Part shown: in pieces, positions 1 to 9,643 of the stretch
Layout: each line of letters begins with the position of its first letter
How positions within the stretch are numbered: the stretch's first letter is position 1
DNA from: Longimicrobiales bacterium
Lineage (GTDB): Bacteria > Gemmatimonadota > Gemmatimonadetes > Longimicrobiales > Gaopeijiaceae
Assembly (NCBI GenBank): GCA_965248195.1
Contig: CBDFIQ010000002.1
Span: forward strand, 3,168,001-3,232,000
DNA: 64,000 bases
Reading direction: 5' to 3'
Program-made: the position numbers and the translations under genes
The notes under the pieces: generated by a model
What the model was told of the DNA's origin: nothing
Database searches by the model: none
What the model saw: the letters and a program-made list of their open reading frames with translations, nothing else

Positions 1-720
1 CCGTGCCCGCTGCTCGAGAATCACGGGGGCGTGTGGAAGTTCGACGCGGATCGGCCGGGTCAGACGCAGGCGTCGGGCACTCGCTACGCGACCGGGATGC
101 GGCAGAACTTCGCCATGGCCTGGCATCCGTCCGCGGCGGGGCTCTACCTGGTTCAGCACGGCCGCGATCAGCTGAACACGTTGTGGGAGGGCTTCACGGA
201 GGAGCAGAACGCCGAGCTGCCTTCGGAGGAATTCATGAGGGTGGAAGAGGGCTCCAACTTCGGCTGGCCGTACTGCTACCACGATTGGCAGCAGGACAAG
301 CGGGTGTTGTCGCCGGAGTACAGTGGCGACGGCATGGAGGTCGGCCGCTGCGCCGAGTTCGATCTCCCCTTGATCGGCTTCCCGGGCCACTGGGCGCCTA
401 ACGCGTTGATGTTCTATACGGGCGGGCAGTTTCCGGAGAGATACAGGGGCGGTGCGTTCATCGTGTTCCACGGTTCGTGGAACCGGGCGCCGTTACCTCA
501 GGGCGGGTACAAGGTCGTGTTCGTACCGTTCGACGGCGACGCGCCAGCCACGGGCGACTACGAAATCTTCGCGGACGGCTTCGCCGGCCAGACGCCCTTG
601 ATGGACCGCGACGACGCGCCTTACCGGCCCTCCGGCGTCGCCGTGGGTCCGGACGGTAGCGTCTACATCTCCAACGACAGGACCGGCCGAATCTGGAGAG
701 TGATGTACCCGGGCGCCTGA
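1..720 (+). CDS. PQQ-dependent sugar dehydrogenase / L-sorbosone dehydrogenase family, 5'-truncated by window edge
   Basis: Frame is open from base 1 (PCPLLENHGGVWKF...). Motifs GMRQ, NFGWPYCY, GHWAP, FHGSWNR and RPSGVAVGPDGSVY are typical of GSDH/SndH beta-propellers. Confidence 0.85.
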   Translation, partial: PCPLLENHGGVWKFDADRPGQTQASGTRYATGMRQNFAMAWHPSAAGLYLVQHGRDQLNTLWEGFTEEQNAELPSEEFMRVEEGSNFGWPYCYHDWQQDKRVLSPEYSGDGMEVGRCAEFDLPLIGFPGHWAPNALMFYTGGQFPERYRGGAFIVFHGSWNRAPLPQGGYKVVFVPFDGDAPATGDYEIFADGFAGQTPLMDRDDAPYRPSGVAVGPDGSVYISNDRTGRIWRVMYPGA

Positions 721-779
721 GCCTCAACCTGGGCTTCCCACAGACATTAGTCAGCGTCTCGCGCCACGGGAGGAGTCCA

Positions 780-2087
780 ATGTTACAGGTGCTACGGGAC
801 CGGTTCAAACTAGCCGAGCAGGGCACTTCGGTCGGCAAAGAGGCGCTTGCCGGGGCGACGACTTGGGTCACGATGGTGTACATCGTGGCCGTAAACCCGC
901 TCATGCTCGAAAACGCGCAGATGGACTTCGGCGCGGTCTTCGTAGCGACCTGTCTGGCCGCGGCGTTCGGAAGCATGTTCATGGGGGCCGTCGCCAACTT
1001 GCCGCTTGCTCTTGCCCCGGGCATGGGGCTGAACGCCTTCTTCACCTACAGCATCGTGATCGGGATGAACCTCCCCTGGCAGACCGCTTTGGGTGCAGTT
1101 TTCTGGTCTGGGGTCCTATTCCTGATCCTCAGCCTGACTGGTGTTCGGGAGCGAATCGTCTATGCGATGCCCACGAGCATCAAGACAGGCATCGCTATCG
1201 GCATCGGCCTCTTTCTCGCGGTTATCGGCCTTGGGAACGCCGGGGTTATCGTCCAAGGCGAGGGTGCCCTGCTTGCCATGGGCGACCTGAAGACTTGGTC
1301 CGCGAGCCTGTTCGCCGTCGGTTTCATACTTACCGTCGCTCTGTTCGTGCGGGGGAGCTCACTTGCGGTGCTAGCCGGGATCTTGGTCGTGGCGGTGGTC
1401 GCGTGGTTCTTGGACCCGAGCTTCGGGTTTCCTACGTCGGTGGTCGCGCTCCCGCCCTCGTTGGGCCCAACCTTCCTGGAGCTCGAAATCCTGCTACCGC
1501 TCGAAGTCGGATTCGTGAGCGTTATTCTGGCCCTGTTGTTCGTTGATCTCTTCGACACTTCGGGCACCCTTGTGGCGGTGGCGAAACAAGGTGACCTCGA
1601 AACAGAAGAGGGGAAGATCCCCAATCTTGGCCGTGCAATGCTGGCCGACAGCAGCGCAACTGTTGCCGGTGCCCTGCTCGGCACCTCGACCACCACGTCG
1701 TACATCGAGAGTACCACGGGTATCTCGGTCGGAGGCCGTACCGGCCTGACAGCAATGGTGGTCGGCCTGCTCTTCTTGGCAACGCTGTTCGTGGCTCCTT
1801 TCGTAGCCGCCATTCCGCCTTACGCAACCGCACCCGCGCTCGTGTTTGTGGCGGTGCTGCTCATTGGCTCATTGAGTGAGTTCGAGGCCTGGAACGACTT
1901 CTCGGAGTCGGCCCCCCTTGTTATCACCGCCATCATGATGCCCTTGAGCTTCTCGATCGCGGACGGGATCGCCTCAGGGATCCTGACCTACGTCCTGATC
2001 AAGCTACTCGCGGGCAAGCACGGAGACCTGAACGGGATGTTGATTGGGCTCGCCGTGATCTTCCTAGGTAAGTTCGTGCTACTGTGA
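780..2087 (+). CDS. NCS2/AzgA-type purine (adenine/guanine/hypoxanthine) permease
   Basis: Highly hydrophobic 435 aa protein with ALAPGMGLNAFF, DLFDTSGT and YIESTTGISVGGRTGLT motifs. RBS GGAGGAG upstream. Confidence 0.9.
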   Translation: MLQVLRDRFKLAEQGTSVGKEALAGATTWVTMVYIVAVNPLMLENAQMDFGAVFVATCLAAAFGSMFMGAVANLPLALAPGMGLNAFFTYSIVIGMNLPWQTALGAVFWSGVLFLILSLTGVRERIVYAMPTSIKTGIAIGIGLFLAVIGLGNAGVIVQGEGALLAMGDLKTWSASLFAVGFILTVALFVRGSSLAVLAGILVVAVVAWFLDPSFGFPTSVVALPPSLGPTFLELEILLPLEVGFVSVILALLFVDLFDTSGTLVAVAKQGDLETEEGKIPNLGRAMLADSSATVAGALLGTSTTTSYIESTTGISVGGRTGLTAMVVGLLFLATLFVAPFVAAIPPYATAPALVFVAVLLIGSLSEFEAWNDFSESAPLVITAIMMPLSFSIADGIASGILTYVLIKLLAGKHGDLNGMLIGLAVIFLGKFVLL

Positions 2088-2108
2088 CGTAGGATGGCGC
2101 TCGCACCT

Positions 2109-3071
2109 CTACGGCGGCGGCGCGGCTCCATCGCGACTCCCACTCACGCGCAGCTTGATCTCCAGAGGCACCCGTGTCCCGTAATCCGTCACACCACTGA
2201 GCCTCGAGAAGTACCGGTACGCGGCATCCGAAGCCGCTTCGACTACGGCTCCGCCGTTGCCTCCGTAGTTGGACATGACAGAAAGGATGTATGGCCTGTC
2301 GGGCATGCCGACCAGCGCCCAGACCGTGGCCACGCCGGTGATCCCCCCGGGCTTGAACGCTACCGGAATCGCACGCGGGATGGGGGTGCGAATCGGCCCG
2401 CCCTTGTAGATCTCCAGGATTTCGCGGACCCGGGCGCAAGAGCCCTCGCTCATGGGCAGATCGCACTTGGCGATCCGCTCCATGATCCGGGCCGCGTCCC
2501 TCGGCGTCGAGAGGTTCTCGTTCCCACGAGCGGACTCTTCGGGTTGGATCATCTTGCGCTGGAGCTTCGTGTTCGACGCACCTAAGGACATGGACAAGGC
2601 GTTGATCGCGTCCATGCCGAGCTCATCGATCAGCACGTTGGTCGCCGTATTGTCGGAGTACACGATCATGTAGATCGCGTAATCCTCCAGCGAGAGCGTC
2701 GACCCACCGTCGCTAACGTGCTGCAGCACGCCGCTTCCACCCGTACGGACCTTGTCGTTCATCTCGACGCGCTTGGAGAGGATTCCCGCGTCCGTCTCCG
2801 CCCGCCGGTAGAGCTCAAGCAAAATCGGGATCTTGATTGCACTCGCCTGCGGGAAGAGGAGCTCGTCGTCGGCAGCGAACCGGTCGCCGGTCGTCAGATC
2901 CAACACGTGTACGCCAGCGACACCTTCGTACGACCCGACGATCTCTTCGAGTTGCACCTGGAACTTGCCGCGCAGGATTTCGAGGTGGGTCTCCTGAGCG
3001 AACGAATCCGCAGCGATCAGCAGCGACATCGAGAGGCCCGCGCTGAGGGTAATACCGAGTCTCTTGGTCAT
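2109..3071 (-). CDS. Class A beta-lactamase-like serine hydrolase
   Basis: Signal peptide, SxxK (ASAIK), SDN (YSDNTATN) and KTG-equivalent (FKPG). Confidence 0.8.
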   Translation of the reverse strand: MTKRLGITLSAGLSMSLLIAADSFAQETHLEILRGKFQVQLEEIVGSYEGVAGVHVLDLTTGDRFAADDELLFPQASAIKIPILLELYRRAETDAGILSKRVEMNDKVRTGGSGVLQHVSDGGSTLSLEDYAIYMIVYSDNTATNVLIDELGMDAINALSMSLGASNTKLQRKMIQPEESARGNENLSTPRDAARIMERIAKCDLPMSEGSCARVREILEIYKGGPIRTPIPRAIPVAFKPGGITGVATVWALVGMPDRPYILSVMSNYGGNGGAVVEAASDAAYRYFSRLSGVTDYGTRVPLEIKLRVSGSRDGAAPPP

Positions 3072-3075
3072 GGTG

Positions 3076-4269
3076 TCACCTTCTCGAGCGCCGGGTGCCA
3101 GAAAGGGGCGGGTCGGCCTGCATCAGCGCCAGTACAGCGAACGCTGTGGCTGCGTCGGCCATGAGGCTCCCTCTGTCGGATGTTGGATCTCTCTCTTTGT
3201 TGAGTGAGGAGGCGGGCCACCGGCCGCTGGTCGGGTCCTGGTTCTGCACGAGCCAGGCGAGGGCCTCACTCAGATTCTCCTGAGCGGGGGACACACCGGC
3301 CTTTTGCAGAACGAACGCGATCAACCCGGTAGCGTATCCATCGCTCCCGGGATCGGGAGAGAATCCATCCTGCCGTTCCCACGCTCCGAGGGAAGTGAGA
3401 CTCCAGCCCCCGTCGCTGTTCTGCAGGCGCATGACGTCACCGATGATGGACTGCCGTTGATCCCGTGTCAGAAGATCCGAGAGCTCGCTGGAAGCCCAAA
3501 GCAGCATGACTCGGTCTAGTGGTGGCCGGTTTCCCCAATCTTGCTGGAGATACGCCCTGAGCAACACCACTCGATCCTGGATTTCGGTCGAGGTTGCGTA
3601 TTGGTTCGGTGCGACTCCGACCGCAACGGCCGCGAGTGCAGCTCCGAAGTAAGCCGCCCCATCCGATTCCCAAGGGGCCAGGTCGAAGTACAGCCAAGCC
3701 CACGCACCGGCCCGCTCTCCCCGGGTGAACTGGAGCTTCCACAGATTCTCGAACGCCTGTCGTGCCTCGCTGGTCAGGTTTCCTTCCTGCGCGTCACGGC
3801 TGGCTAGGATCAGTGCATTCAGGATGGCTTCGGTTCCCCTCGACTCACTGGTTTTGGGGAGGCCGACTGTCTGATCGGGGTAGTACGGCTCCACTTCGTT
3901 CCACAACGCCACTCGCTTCGCGACGTCCTCCAGCAGATCTACTTCGGGAATGGTCGGGCCGGTCTCGCCCAGAGCCGTGCGCAGCGAGGGACGAGCCAGG
4001 GCGTACGGTAGCGCTGTATGACACGAGACGCAGGACGTATCGTGGTCGCGGGCCGCGACCGGCCAAGTCCTCCACCAGGCTTGTCGGCCGTCGAGGTAGT
4101 CGGCGGCTGCCGCCTGATCCCACTCGGCTGACAGAGGGGGCCGTGCCTGCGACTCGACCCGGGAAGGTCCGAGTGCGAGGCATATCCCCACTGCACATGC
4201 CACGGTAGTCCGCGGGCCCCCGACGGACCCGAGCCGGCGCTTCTGCGAATTCTCGGAGGGACTGATCAT
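3076..4269 (-). CDS. Exported prenyltransferase/squalene-cyclase-repeat-like protein with a CxxCH motif
   Basis: QW-like repeats (LQNSDGGWS, QNQDPTSGRW), SCVSCHT motif and an N-terminal hydrophobic segment. Confidence 0.55.
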   Translation of the reverse strand: MISPSENSQKRRLGSVGGPRTTVACAVGICLALGPSRVESQARPPLSAEWDQAAAADYLDGRQAWWRTWPVAARDHDTSCVSCHTALPYALARPSLRTALGETGPTIPEVDLLEDVAKRVALWNEVEPYYPDQTVGLPKTSESRGTEAILNALILASRDAQEGNLTSEARQAFENLWKLQFTRGERAGAWAWLYFDLAPWESDGAAYFGAALAAVAVGVAPNQYATSTEIQDRVVLLRAYLQQDWGNRPPLDRVMLLWASSELSDLLTRDQRQSIIGDVMRLQNSDGGWSLTSLGAWERQDGFSPDPGSDGYATGLIAFVLQKAGVSPAQENLSEALAWLVQNQDPTSGRWPASSLNKERDPTSDRGSLMADAATAFAVLALMQADPPLSGTRRSRR

Positions 4270-4308
4270 AGCTTGCTCTAGCCCGGGTAATAGTGGAAAC
4301 GACTTCTA

Positions 4309-4367
4309 CTTGTGGTCAACGGCCAGATCGACCGTCGCCATACCTCTTTCGCTCGGTCGCGCTCGAT
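4309..4367 (-). pseudogene. Decayed Ser/Thr protein kinase 5' relic (subdomain I)
   Basis: Minus strand reads atcgagcgcgaccgagcgaaagaggtatggcgacggtcgatctggccgttgaccacaag, which aligns by eye with the kinase stub at ~9773-9832 (atcgagcgtgagctaggcgagggcggcatggcgacggtctacttggccgacgacctcaag). Confidence 0.7.
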
Positions 4368-4370
4368 CAA

Positions 4371-4423
4371 GGTCAACATCCGAGGGCGGGCCGGTGGGCG
4401 CAAGCAGAAGCCTGTTGGACGCC
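4371..4423 (-). repeat. Dispersed ~50-bp repeat copy 1 (TTGCGC-N17-GATGTT promoter-like)
   Basis: Minus strand ggcgtccaacaggcttctgcttgcgcccaccggcccgccctcggatgttgacc is similar to 5824-5873 (-) and 9644-9697 (+). Confidence 0.8.
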
Positions 4424-4560
4424 CAGCGAAGATCCCCGATACATTGACCGGCCTGGCCCTGACTCTCACGTTATCCCGATTCGTCAAAGGGCCGTTGAAG
4501 GTGGAGAGATGCCTGAGTAGCCCTCGACTGCCTCGAAGAACCCACGGCGCGGAGGAATAG

Positions 4561-5817
4561 ATGCTGGCGAAATCACGCTTGCAGATGAGCACGGGCGGGT
4601 GGGCGATGCTGACCGCCTTTCTGCTTCCATGCACGGCCGGTGCGCAGACCGTCGGGGAGCCGCTGCCCGCTTGGTCCCCAGGGGTTCTCGACATCCACCA
4701 GATCAGCACGGGGCGGGGCGACGCGGCGCTGCTCGTGTTTCCGGACGGCACGTCGCTGCTGGTCGACGCAGGCGATGGCAACCCCGAGCCGCCGGCGGGT
4801 GCGAATCGCGTACCCGATGGATCACGTTCGGTAGGCGAATGGATCGCGCGGTACGTGCGACGCATACTGTCGCATCAGGCCGACCCGGCGATCGACTACG
4901 GCCTCATCACGCATTTTCATGGCGATCACATGGGGCGTCTCGAGCCGACGACACCGGCTGAACCGGGCGGCGAGTACCAGCTGAGCGGGTTCACCGATGT
5001 GGCCTACCACATGCCGATCCGGACGATGCTCGACCGTGGGTGGCCCGACTACGCGTATCCGCGTCCACTCGACAACCCGATGATGGACAACTATCGCACG
5101 TTCCTCGACGTAGAGGGAGAGCGCCGTGGGATGACCGTGGAACGGGTTGAGCCGGGCCGCGTGGACCAGATCGTGCTCAGATATGAGCCCGACCGGTATC
5201 CGAACTTCACGGTTCGCAACGTAGCCGCCAACGGCGAGGTGTGGACCGGCGCCGGCGACGGCACGTGGCACCACTTTCCGGCGCTCGCGGAGATTCCACC
5301 AGAGGACTGGCCCACCGAAAACCAGTGCAGCATTGCCATCCGCGTGAGCTACGGCGCGTTCGACTTCTACACCGGGGGTGACATGCCGGGTCAGCCGGCG
5401 CCTGGGCTTCCGGCATGGCAGAACGTCGAGCGGCCAGTTGCGGAGGCGATCGGACCGGTCGACGTGGCCGTCGCCAATCATCACGGTCTCGGTGACACGA
5501 CAACCACGTTCTTCGTGCGCTCACTCCGACCACGCGTGTGGATCGTTCCGTCGAGAATGGCCGGGCATCCCGATCGGTGGGTGTTTGCCCGCATGTCATC
5601 GACCCGGCTTTACGACGGACCACGGGACATCTTCTCGGTCACGACGCAGGAGGCGACACGTCAGATCATCGTCCAGCTCAGAGAACTCGACAGCGAGCAG
5701 GGGCACATCGTTGTCCGAGTGGAGAGCGGCGGCGCCCGCTACCGCGTCATCATTCTCGACGACTCTGACGAGAACGCAACGGTCAAGGCGATACACGGAC
5801 CGTACGCCGCTCGGTGA
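4561..5817 (+). CDS. Secreted metallo-beta-lactamase-fold hydrolase (ComEC-like)
   Basis: THFHGDH (HxHxDH), LLVDAG, TGGD and NHHG motifs, plus a signal peptide. Confidence 0.8.
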   Translation: MLAKSRLQMSTGGWAMLTAFLLPCTAGAQTVGEPLPAWSPGVLDIHQISTGRGDAALLVFPDGTSLLVDAGDGNPEPPAGANRVPDGSRSVGEWIARYVRRILSHQADPAIDYGLITHFHGDHMGRLEPTTPAEPGGEYQLSGFTDVAYHMPIRTMLDRGWPDYAYPRPLDNPMMDNYRTFLDVEGERRGMTVERVEPGRVDQIVLRYEPDRYPNFTVRNVAANGEVWTGAGDGTWHHFPALAEIPPEDWPTENQCSIAIRVSYGAFDFYTGGDMPGQPAPGLPAWQNVERPVAEAIGPVDVAVANHHGLGDTTTTFFVRSLRPRVWIVPSRMAGHPDRWVFARMSSTRLYDGPRDIFSVTTQEATRQIIVQLRELDSEQGHIVVRVESGGARYRVIILDDSDENATVKAIHGPYAAR

Positions 5818-5823
5818 AGGCGA

Positions 5824-5873
5824 GTCAACATCCGAGAGCAGGCCGGTAGGCGCAAGCAGAAGCCCGTCAGACG
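5824..5873 (-). repeat. Dispersed ~50-bp repeat copy 2
   Basis: Minus strand cgtctgacgggcttctgcttgcgcctaccggcctgctctcggatgttgac. It lies 6 bp beyond the MBL gene stop and points antisense into it. Confidence 0.8.
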
Positions 5874-6043
5874 AGCCTGAACGTGCAGCGGCAACGTGCA
5901 CGGCTCGGGGACGGATTGGCCCAGCGCAAGGATGAACAATGTGCTGACCGCCTGCTCATACAGCAGGAGAAGGGCTATCGGCCCGGTCCCATTTTCTCGT
6001 GCTGACGGTGGCTTGGGTGAGTCGTGCGCCTCCAGCCCGAGAA

Positions 6044-6076
6044 GACGGCCACCTCCGAACGATGGGGGTGGCCGTC
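6044..6076 (-). terminator. Stem-loop, same sequence as the 12493-12521 hairpin in opposite orientation
   Basis: gacggccacctcc-gaacgat-gggggtggccgtc. The reverse complement matches cggccacccccatcgttcggaggtggccg at 12493. Confidence 0.6.
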
Positions 6077-6291
6077 GCGCCTGACCCGGTCTTTCTTGAT
6101 GGTGTTAGACAGATGTCAGCTTGAGGGTGTCGATAGAAGCGAGAGGGCCGGCTCCTGTAGGCAGCGTCGAACCAGTCGAGAAGTTTTATGTCTTCTACAC
6201 CCACTCCTCATACTCCTGCGCCTAAGATGGGATCCGCAGGTGAAGCGCGCCGGCCACCAGGTTACCGCGTCTACAGCAAGGGCGAGTTAGG

Positions 6292-7500
6292 TGGTACCAG
6301 GGTACGCTGACCCATGATAGGTAACACTTTGCTGAACCATGATGGGTGACAGTCTCAGATCCTAACATGGGCCTCCACAAGGAGGCGCCATGCCATGGTT
6401 GGAGACCGATCCCATGAACGAACGAAAGCGATTCATTCTCGAAGCTGCCGCCGGCCTGTTCTCGCACACGGAGCTCTGCCTGCGTCACGGCGTCAGCCGT
6501 AAGACCGGCTACAAGTGGCTCGAACGCTACGAGTCTGAGGGACCCGACGGCCTCGGAGATCGCCCTCATCGTGTCCGGGCGCATCCACACACCACCGAGC
6601 CACACGTAGTCGATGCCGCCTTGGAACTCCGCGGACAGCGGCGACGCTGGGGTGCCGACAAGATCCGCGCTCGGCTGCTGACTCTGCACCCTGACTGGAG
6701 TGTCCCCTCCGCCCGCATCCTCCACAAGTACTTCCTCCGCGGGGGACTCGTGAAGAAGCCGCGCAGGAGTCGTAGGCGTCCGCATCCAGGCAAGCCCACA
6801 GCTCCCTTCGACGCACCCAACGCCATCTGGTCGGCTGACTTCAAGGGTCAGTTCAAGACCCTCGACGGTTGTTACTGCTACCCACTCACCGTCCAGGATG
6901 GCTTCAGTCGTTATCTGCTCGCCTGCCAGGGGCTCGAGGGCACCACCTACTCCGCCTCCCGTCGCGTCTTTACTCGCCTTTTCCGTGAGTTCGGCCTGCC
7001 CCAGCGCATCCGCACCGACAACGGGACACCCTTCGCTTCCATTGCTCTCGGCCGCCTCTCCCGACTCTCCGTCTGGTGGATCAAGCTCGGTATCCTGCCC
7101 GACCTCATCGAGCCCGCCTCACCCCAACAGAACGGCCGTCACGAACGCATGCACAAAGACCTCAAGGCCGAGGCCACCATCCCGCCTGCCGGAAACCGTT
7201 CCGCCCAGCAGAAGCGCTTCAACTTCTTCCGCACCGACTTCAACCAGATCCGTCCTCACGAAGCCCTAGGCCAGAAGCCGCCTGCTTCCGCATATCAACC
7301 CTCCACCCGCTCGTTCCCGACGAAGCTGAGCACACCCGACTACCCTGCTCACTTCGAAGTCCGCAAAGTCTCAACAAACGGAGGTATCCGATGGCACTCC
7401 GTCTGGATCAACGTCTCTCACCTGCTCGGTGGAGACTACATCGGTCTCGAAGAGATCGACCACGACATCTGGGCCGTCTACTTTGGCCCCGTCTCGCTCG
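6292..7500 (+). mobile_element. IS481-family element, right end missing (interrupted by IS256)
   Basis: Tandem subterminal motifs tgacccatgataggtaaca / tgaaccatgatgggtgaca lie upstream of the transposase. The left boundary is approximate. Confidence 0.75.
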
Positions 7501-7505
7501 GGTAG
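6390..7505 (+). CDS. IS481-family transposase (HTH + rve DDE), C-terminus truncated
   Basis: MPW start, GVSRKTGYKW HTH, WSADFKG, RTDNG and NGRHERMH. The stop codon comes from the IS256 left end. Confidence 0.9.
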   Translation: MPWLETDPMNERKRFILEAAAGLFSHTELCLRHGVSRKTGYKWLERYESEGPDGLGDRPHRVRAHPHTTEPHVVDAALELRGQRRRWGADKIRARLLTLHPDWSVPSARILHKYFLRGGLVKKPRRSRRRPHPGKPTAPFDAPNAIWSADFKGQFKTLDGCYCYPLTVQDGFSRYLLACQGLEGTTYSASRRVFTRLFREFGLPQRIRTDNGTPFASIALGRLSRLSVWWIKLGILPDLIEPASPQQNGRHERMHKDLKAEATIPPAGNRSAQQKRFNFFRTDFNQIRPHEALGQKPPASAYQPSTRSFPTKLSTPDYPAHFEVRKVSTNGGIRWHSVWINVSHLLGGDYIGLEEIDHDIWAVYFGPVSLG

Positions 7506-8876
7506 TGTCCCTAGATTTGTGTAAAAGCGGATAAGCTGGACAGGAGGGAAAGAAAAACGGAAGCTCCTCTGTTGTTGTTCACTGTCACATGAACCCGGGA
7601 GTCCGGGTCTGCAGAGCAGGCTCGGAACCGGAGAGGAGCTTCCGATGCAAGAGATTGTGGAGATCGGTCGGGCCACGCAAGACGAGCTACGCGATGATTT
7701 GCGCGAGCTGTTTCAAGGCGCGATCCGGCTGACGCTCGAGATGGTGCTGGAAGAGGAGCTGAAGGCCATGGTAGGTGCACGCCGCTTCGAGCGGGTGGGA
7801 AGCCGGAAGGACCATAGGAACGGCACATACCTGAGGCGGCTGCTGACGAGCCTGGGGCAGATCGAGGTCGCCATGCCCCGGAGCCGGGACAACGGTTCGC
7901 CGGCCGACGTGATCGGCCGCTACCAGCGCAGGAGCCCCGAGCTCGACGAGATGATGGTCGAGGCGTATGTGAGCGGCGTGTCACAGCGCAAGATGGGCGA
8001 CGTCACCGAGGCGCTGATGGGCGAGCGTGTTGGGCGCTCGACGGTGAGTCGTGTGGCAAAACGGCTCGACGAGGCCGTGGAAGGGCTGCGCCGTGCGCCG
8101 ATCGAGGGGCCTCACCCCTATCTGTACCTGGACGCCACGTTCTTGGACGCCCGCTGGGCCCGCAAAGTCGAGAACGTGAGTGCGCTCGTGGCGTATGCAG
8201 TGGGCCCTGAGGGTCACCGACGGCTCCTGGCCGTCACGCTGGGCGCTGAGGAGTCGCAGCAGAGCTGGTCGGAGCTCCTCGAGCAACTCCAGGACCGCGG
8301 CCTCGGCGGTGTCGAGCTCGTGATCGCCGATGAGCACGCAGGCCTGGCAGCTGCGGTCCGCCGCTTCCTGCCCGAGGCACGCCGTCAGAGGTGTACGGTC
8401 CATCTGCAGCGTAATGTGGGGGCGAGGGTCCCCCACCGCCTACGCAAGCGCGTGGCGCGTGAGGTCTCGGTGATCTTCCAGACATCCGGACTCGCCGAGG
8501 CGAAGAAGCTCCTGGGCGAGTTCGGCGCACGCTGGAAGAAGGAGCTGCCCGAGGCCGTGGAGGTCCTGGAGCGGGGCTTCGGGGCAGCGACGCAGTTCTA
8601 CGCGTTCCCCGAGGCGCACTGGCCCCGGCTGCGTACCACCAACAGCCTCGAGCGGCTGCACGGCGAGATCAAACGCAGGATCAAGGCCGCCGGCGCCTTC
8701 CCGGACCGGGCCAGCGCCCTCAGGCTCATCACGGCCGTCGCACTCAGGACCACACACGTCTGGGGCGACCGGCGTTACCTCGACCTCTCACTCCTCCAGA
8801 AACAGGAGGTCGCCCAAGCAGCCTAGCCGAAGGCGAGGAGCTTCCTCCGCTTTTACACACAAATCGGGACTTGACC
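7501..8876 (+). mobile_element. IS256-family element copy 1 (1376 bp), no target duplication
   Basis: Imperfect terminal IRs ggtagtgtccctagatttgtgtaaaagcgga / tccgcttttacacacaaatcgggacttgacc. The flanks ctcgctcg and agtcgtaa differ. Confidence 0.95.
7645..8826 (+). CDS. IS256 (Mutator) family transposase
   Basis: RNG, YLYLDA, IADEHAGL, QRCTVHLQRN and TTNSLERLHGEIKRR motifs. Confidence 0.95.
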   Translation: MQEIVEIGRATQDELRDDLRELFQGAIRLTLEMVLEEELKAMVGARRFERVGSRKDHRNGTYLRRLLTSLGQIEVAMPRSRDNGSPADVIGRYQRRSPELDEMMVEAYVSGVSQRKMGDVTEALMGERVGRSTVSRVAKRLDEAVEGLRRAPIEGPHPYLYLDATFLDARWARKVENVSALVAYAVGPEGHRRLLAVTLGAEESQQSWSELLEQLQDRGLGGVELVIADEHAGLAAAVRRFLPEARRQRCTVHLQRNVGARVPHRLRKRVAREVSVIFQTSGLAEAKKLLGEFGARWKKELPEAVEVLERGFGAATQFYAFPEAHWPRLRTTNSLERLHGEIKRRIKAAGAFPDRASALRLITAVALRTTHVWGDRRYLDLSLLQKQEVAQAA

Positions 8877-8959
8877 AGTCGTAAGGCGCGACGGCCTCGA
8901 GACTACGCCGCCGAGAAAGGGGATCGAGAGGGAGTTGGATGGAGCGTAAGCGTGATTCC

Positions 8960-9060
8960 GCCTAACAAGCGATTGTTGCAGTCGCGGTAGCCATCAAGCT
9001 CGCGCGCTACGCTCGCGGTCAGCACATTGTGGGCGTATGAGAATCGCAGAGACGGTATGT
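8960..9060 (+). other. Degenerate integron attC-like recombination site
   Basis: Begins GCCTAAC (RYYYAAC). The inner arms gcgatt...aatcgc pair, and there is a central cgcgcgctacgctcgcg hairpin. It ends GGTATGT, which deviates from GTTRRRY. Confidence 0.55.
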
Positions 9061-9122
9061 GACTAGACTGTTCGAGATCGTTTGCACACCCGCCCCAACC
9101 CATCCGGAATGTCCCTGAGCAA

Positions 9123-9506
9123 ATGCCAAGAATCCTAGAGGGCGGCGACATCTGCACCATCATCGTGACGGTCGATGCTGCTCCGGAACTCTTGTCGGTC
9201 CTCTCGGCACATGCTCGTCTCGGAATCGAGCAGTTCAACAAGTTTCCGGGGTTCTTGGGCGGCGCTCTGCATGTTAGCGAAGACCAGGGTAGGATGGTCC
9301 AATATTTACAGTGGGCCTCTGAATCGGAGTATCAGGCTTGCATCGACGACCCGAGTTGGGACGAACTGGCCTCGACCAAGACGTTCATGGAGGCGGTCGA
9401 TTCTGGCGAAGCTCATTTGGACGCGCGCATCTTCCACGTCGAAACGGTATCTGAAGGGTCGAGAGAGCCCGCGAATGGGAGTGATCCCGCCACACAACAC
9501 CATTAA
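9123..9506 (+). CDS. Antibiotic biosynthesis monooxygenase (ABM) family protein
   Basis: FPGFLGGALHVSEDQGRMVQYLQWASE matches the ABM ferredoxin-like fold pattern. Confidence 0.75.
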   Translation: MPRILEGGDICTIIVTVDAAPELLSVLSAHARLGIEQFNKFPGFLGGALHVSEDQGRMVQYLQWASESEYQACIDDPSWDELASTKTFMEAVDSGEAHLDARIFHVETVSEGSREPANGSDPATQHH

Positions 9507-9643
9507 GAAGGACCGGATCAAGAGGACGCAGTGATCCTGGAGCGGCGGGCACACCTTGTCGTTAACGCCCCTCTAAGCCATGAGGACGCTACATCCTAAC
9601 CCGGATACCGAATAAAACCCGCAAACGCTCAGAACGCGAATAC

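Noticed and set aside
2109..5817. Antibiotic-resistance island (class A-like and MBL-fold genes)
   Set aside because: Both belong to broad hydrolase superfamilies, and the motifs alone do not show beta-lactamase activity.
6100..6295. GTTAGAC / GTTAGGT cores and ccgcaggtgaagcgcg resembling attC right halves
   Set aside because: I found no matching upstream RYYYAAC arm or pairing, and such short motifs occur by chance.
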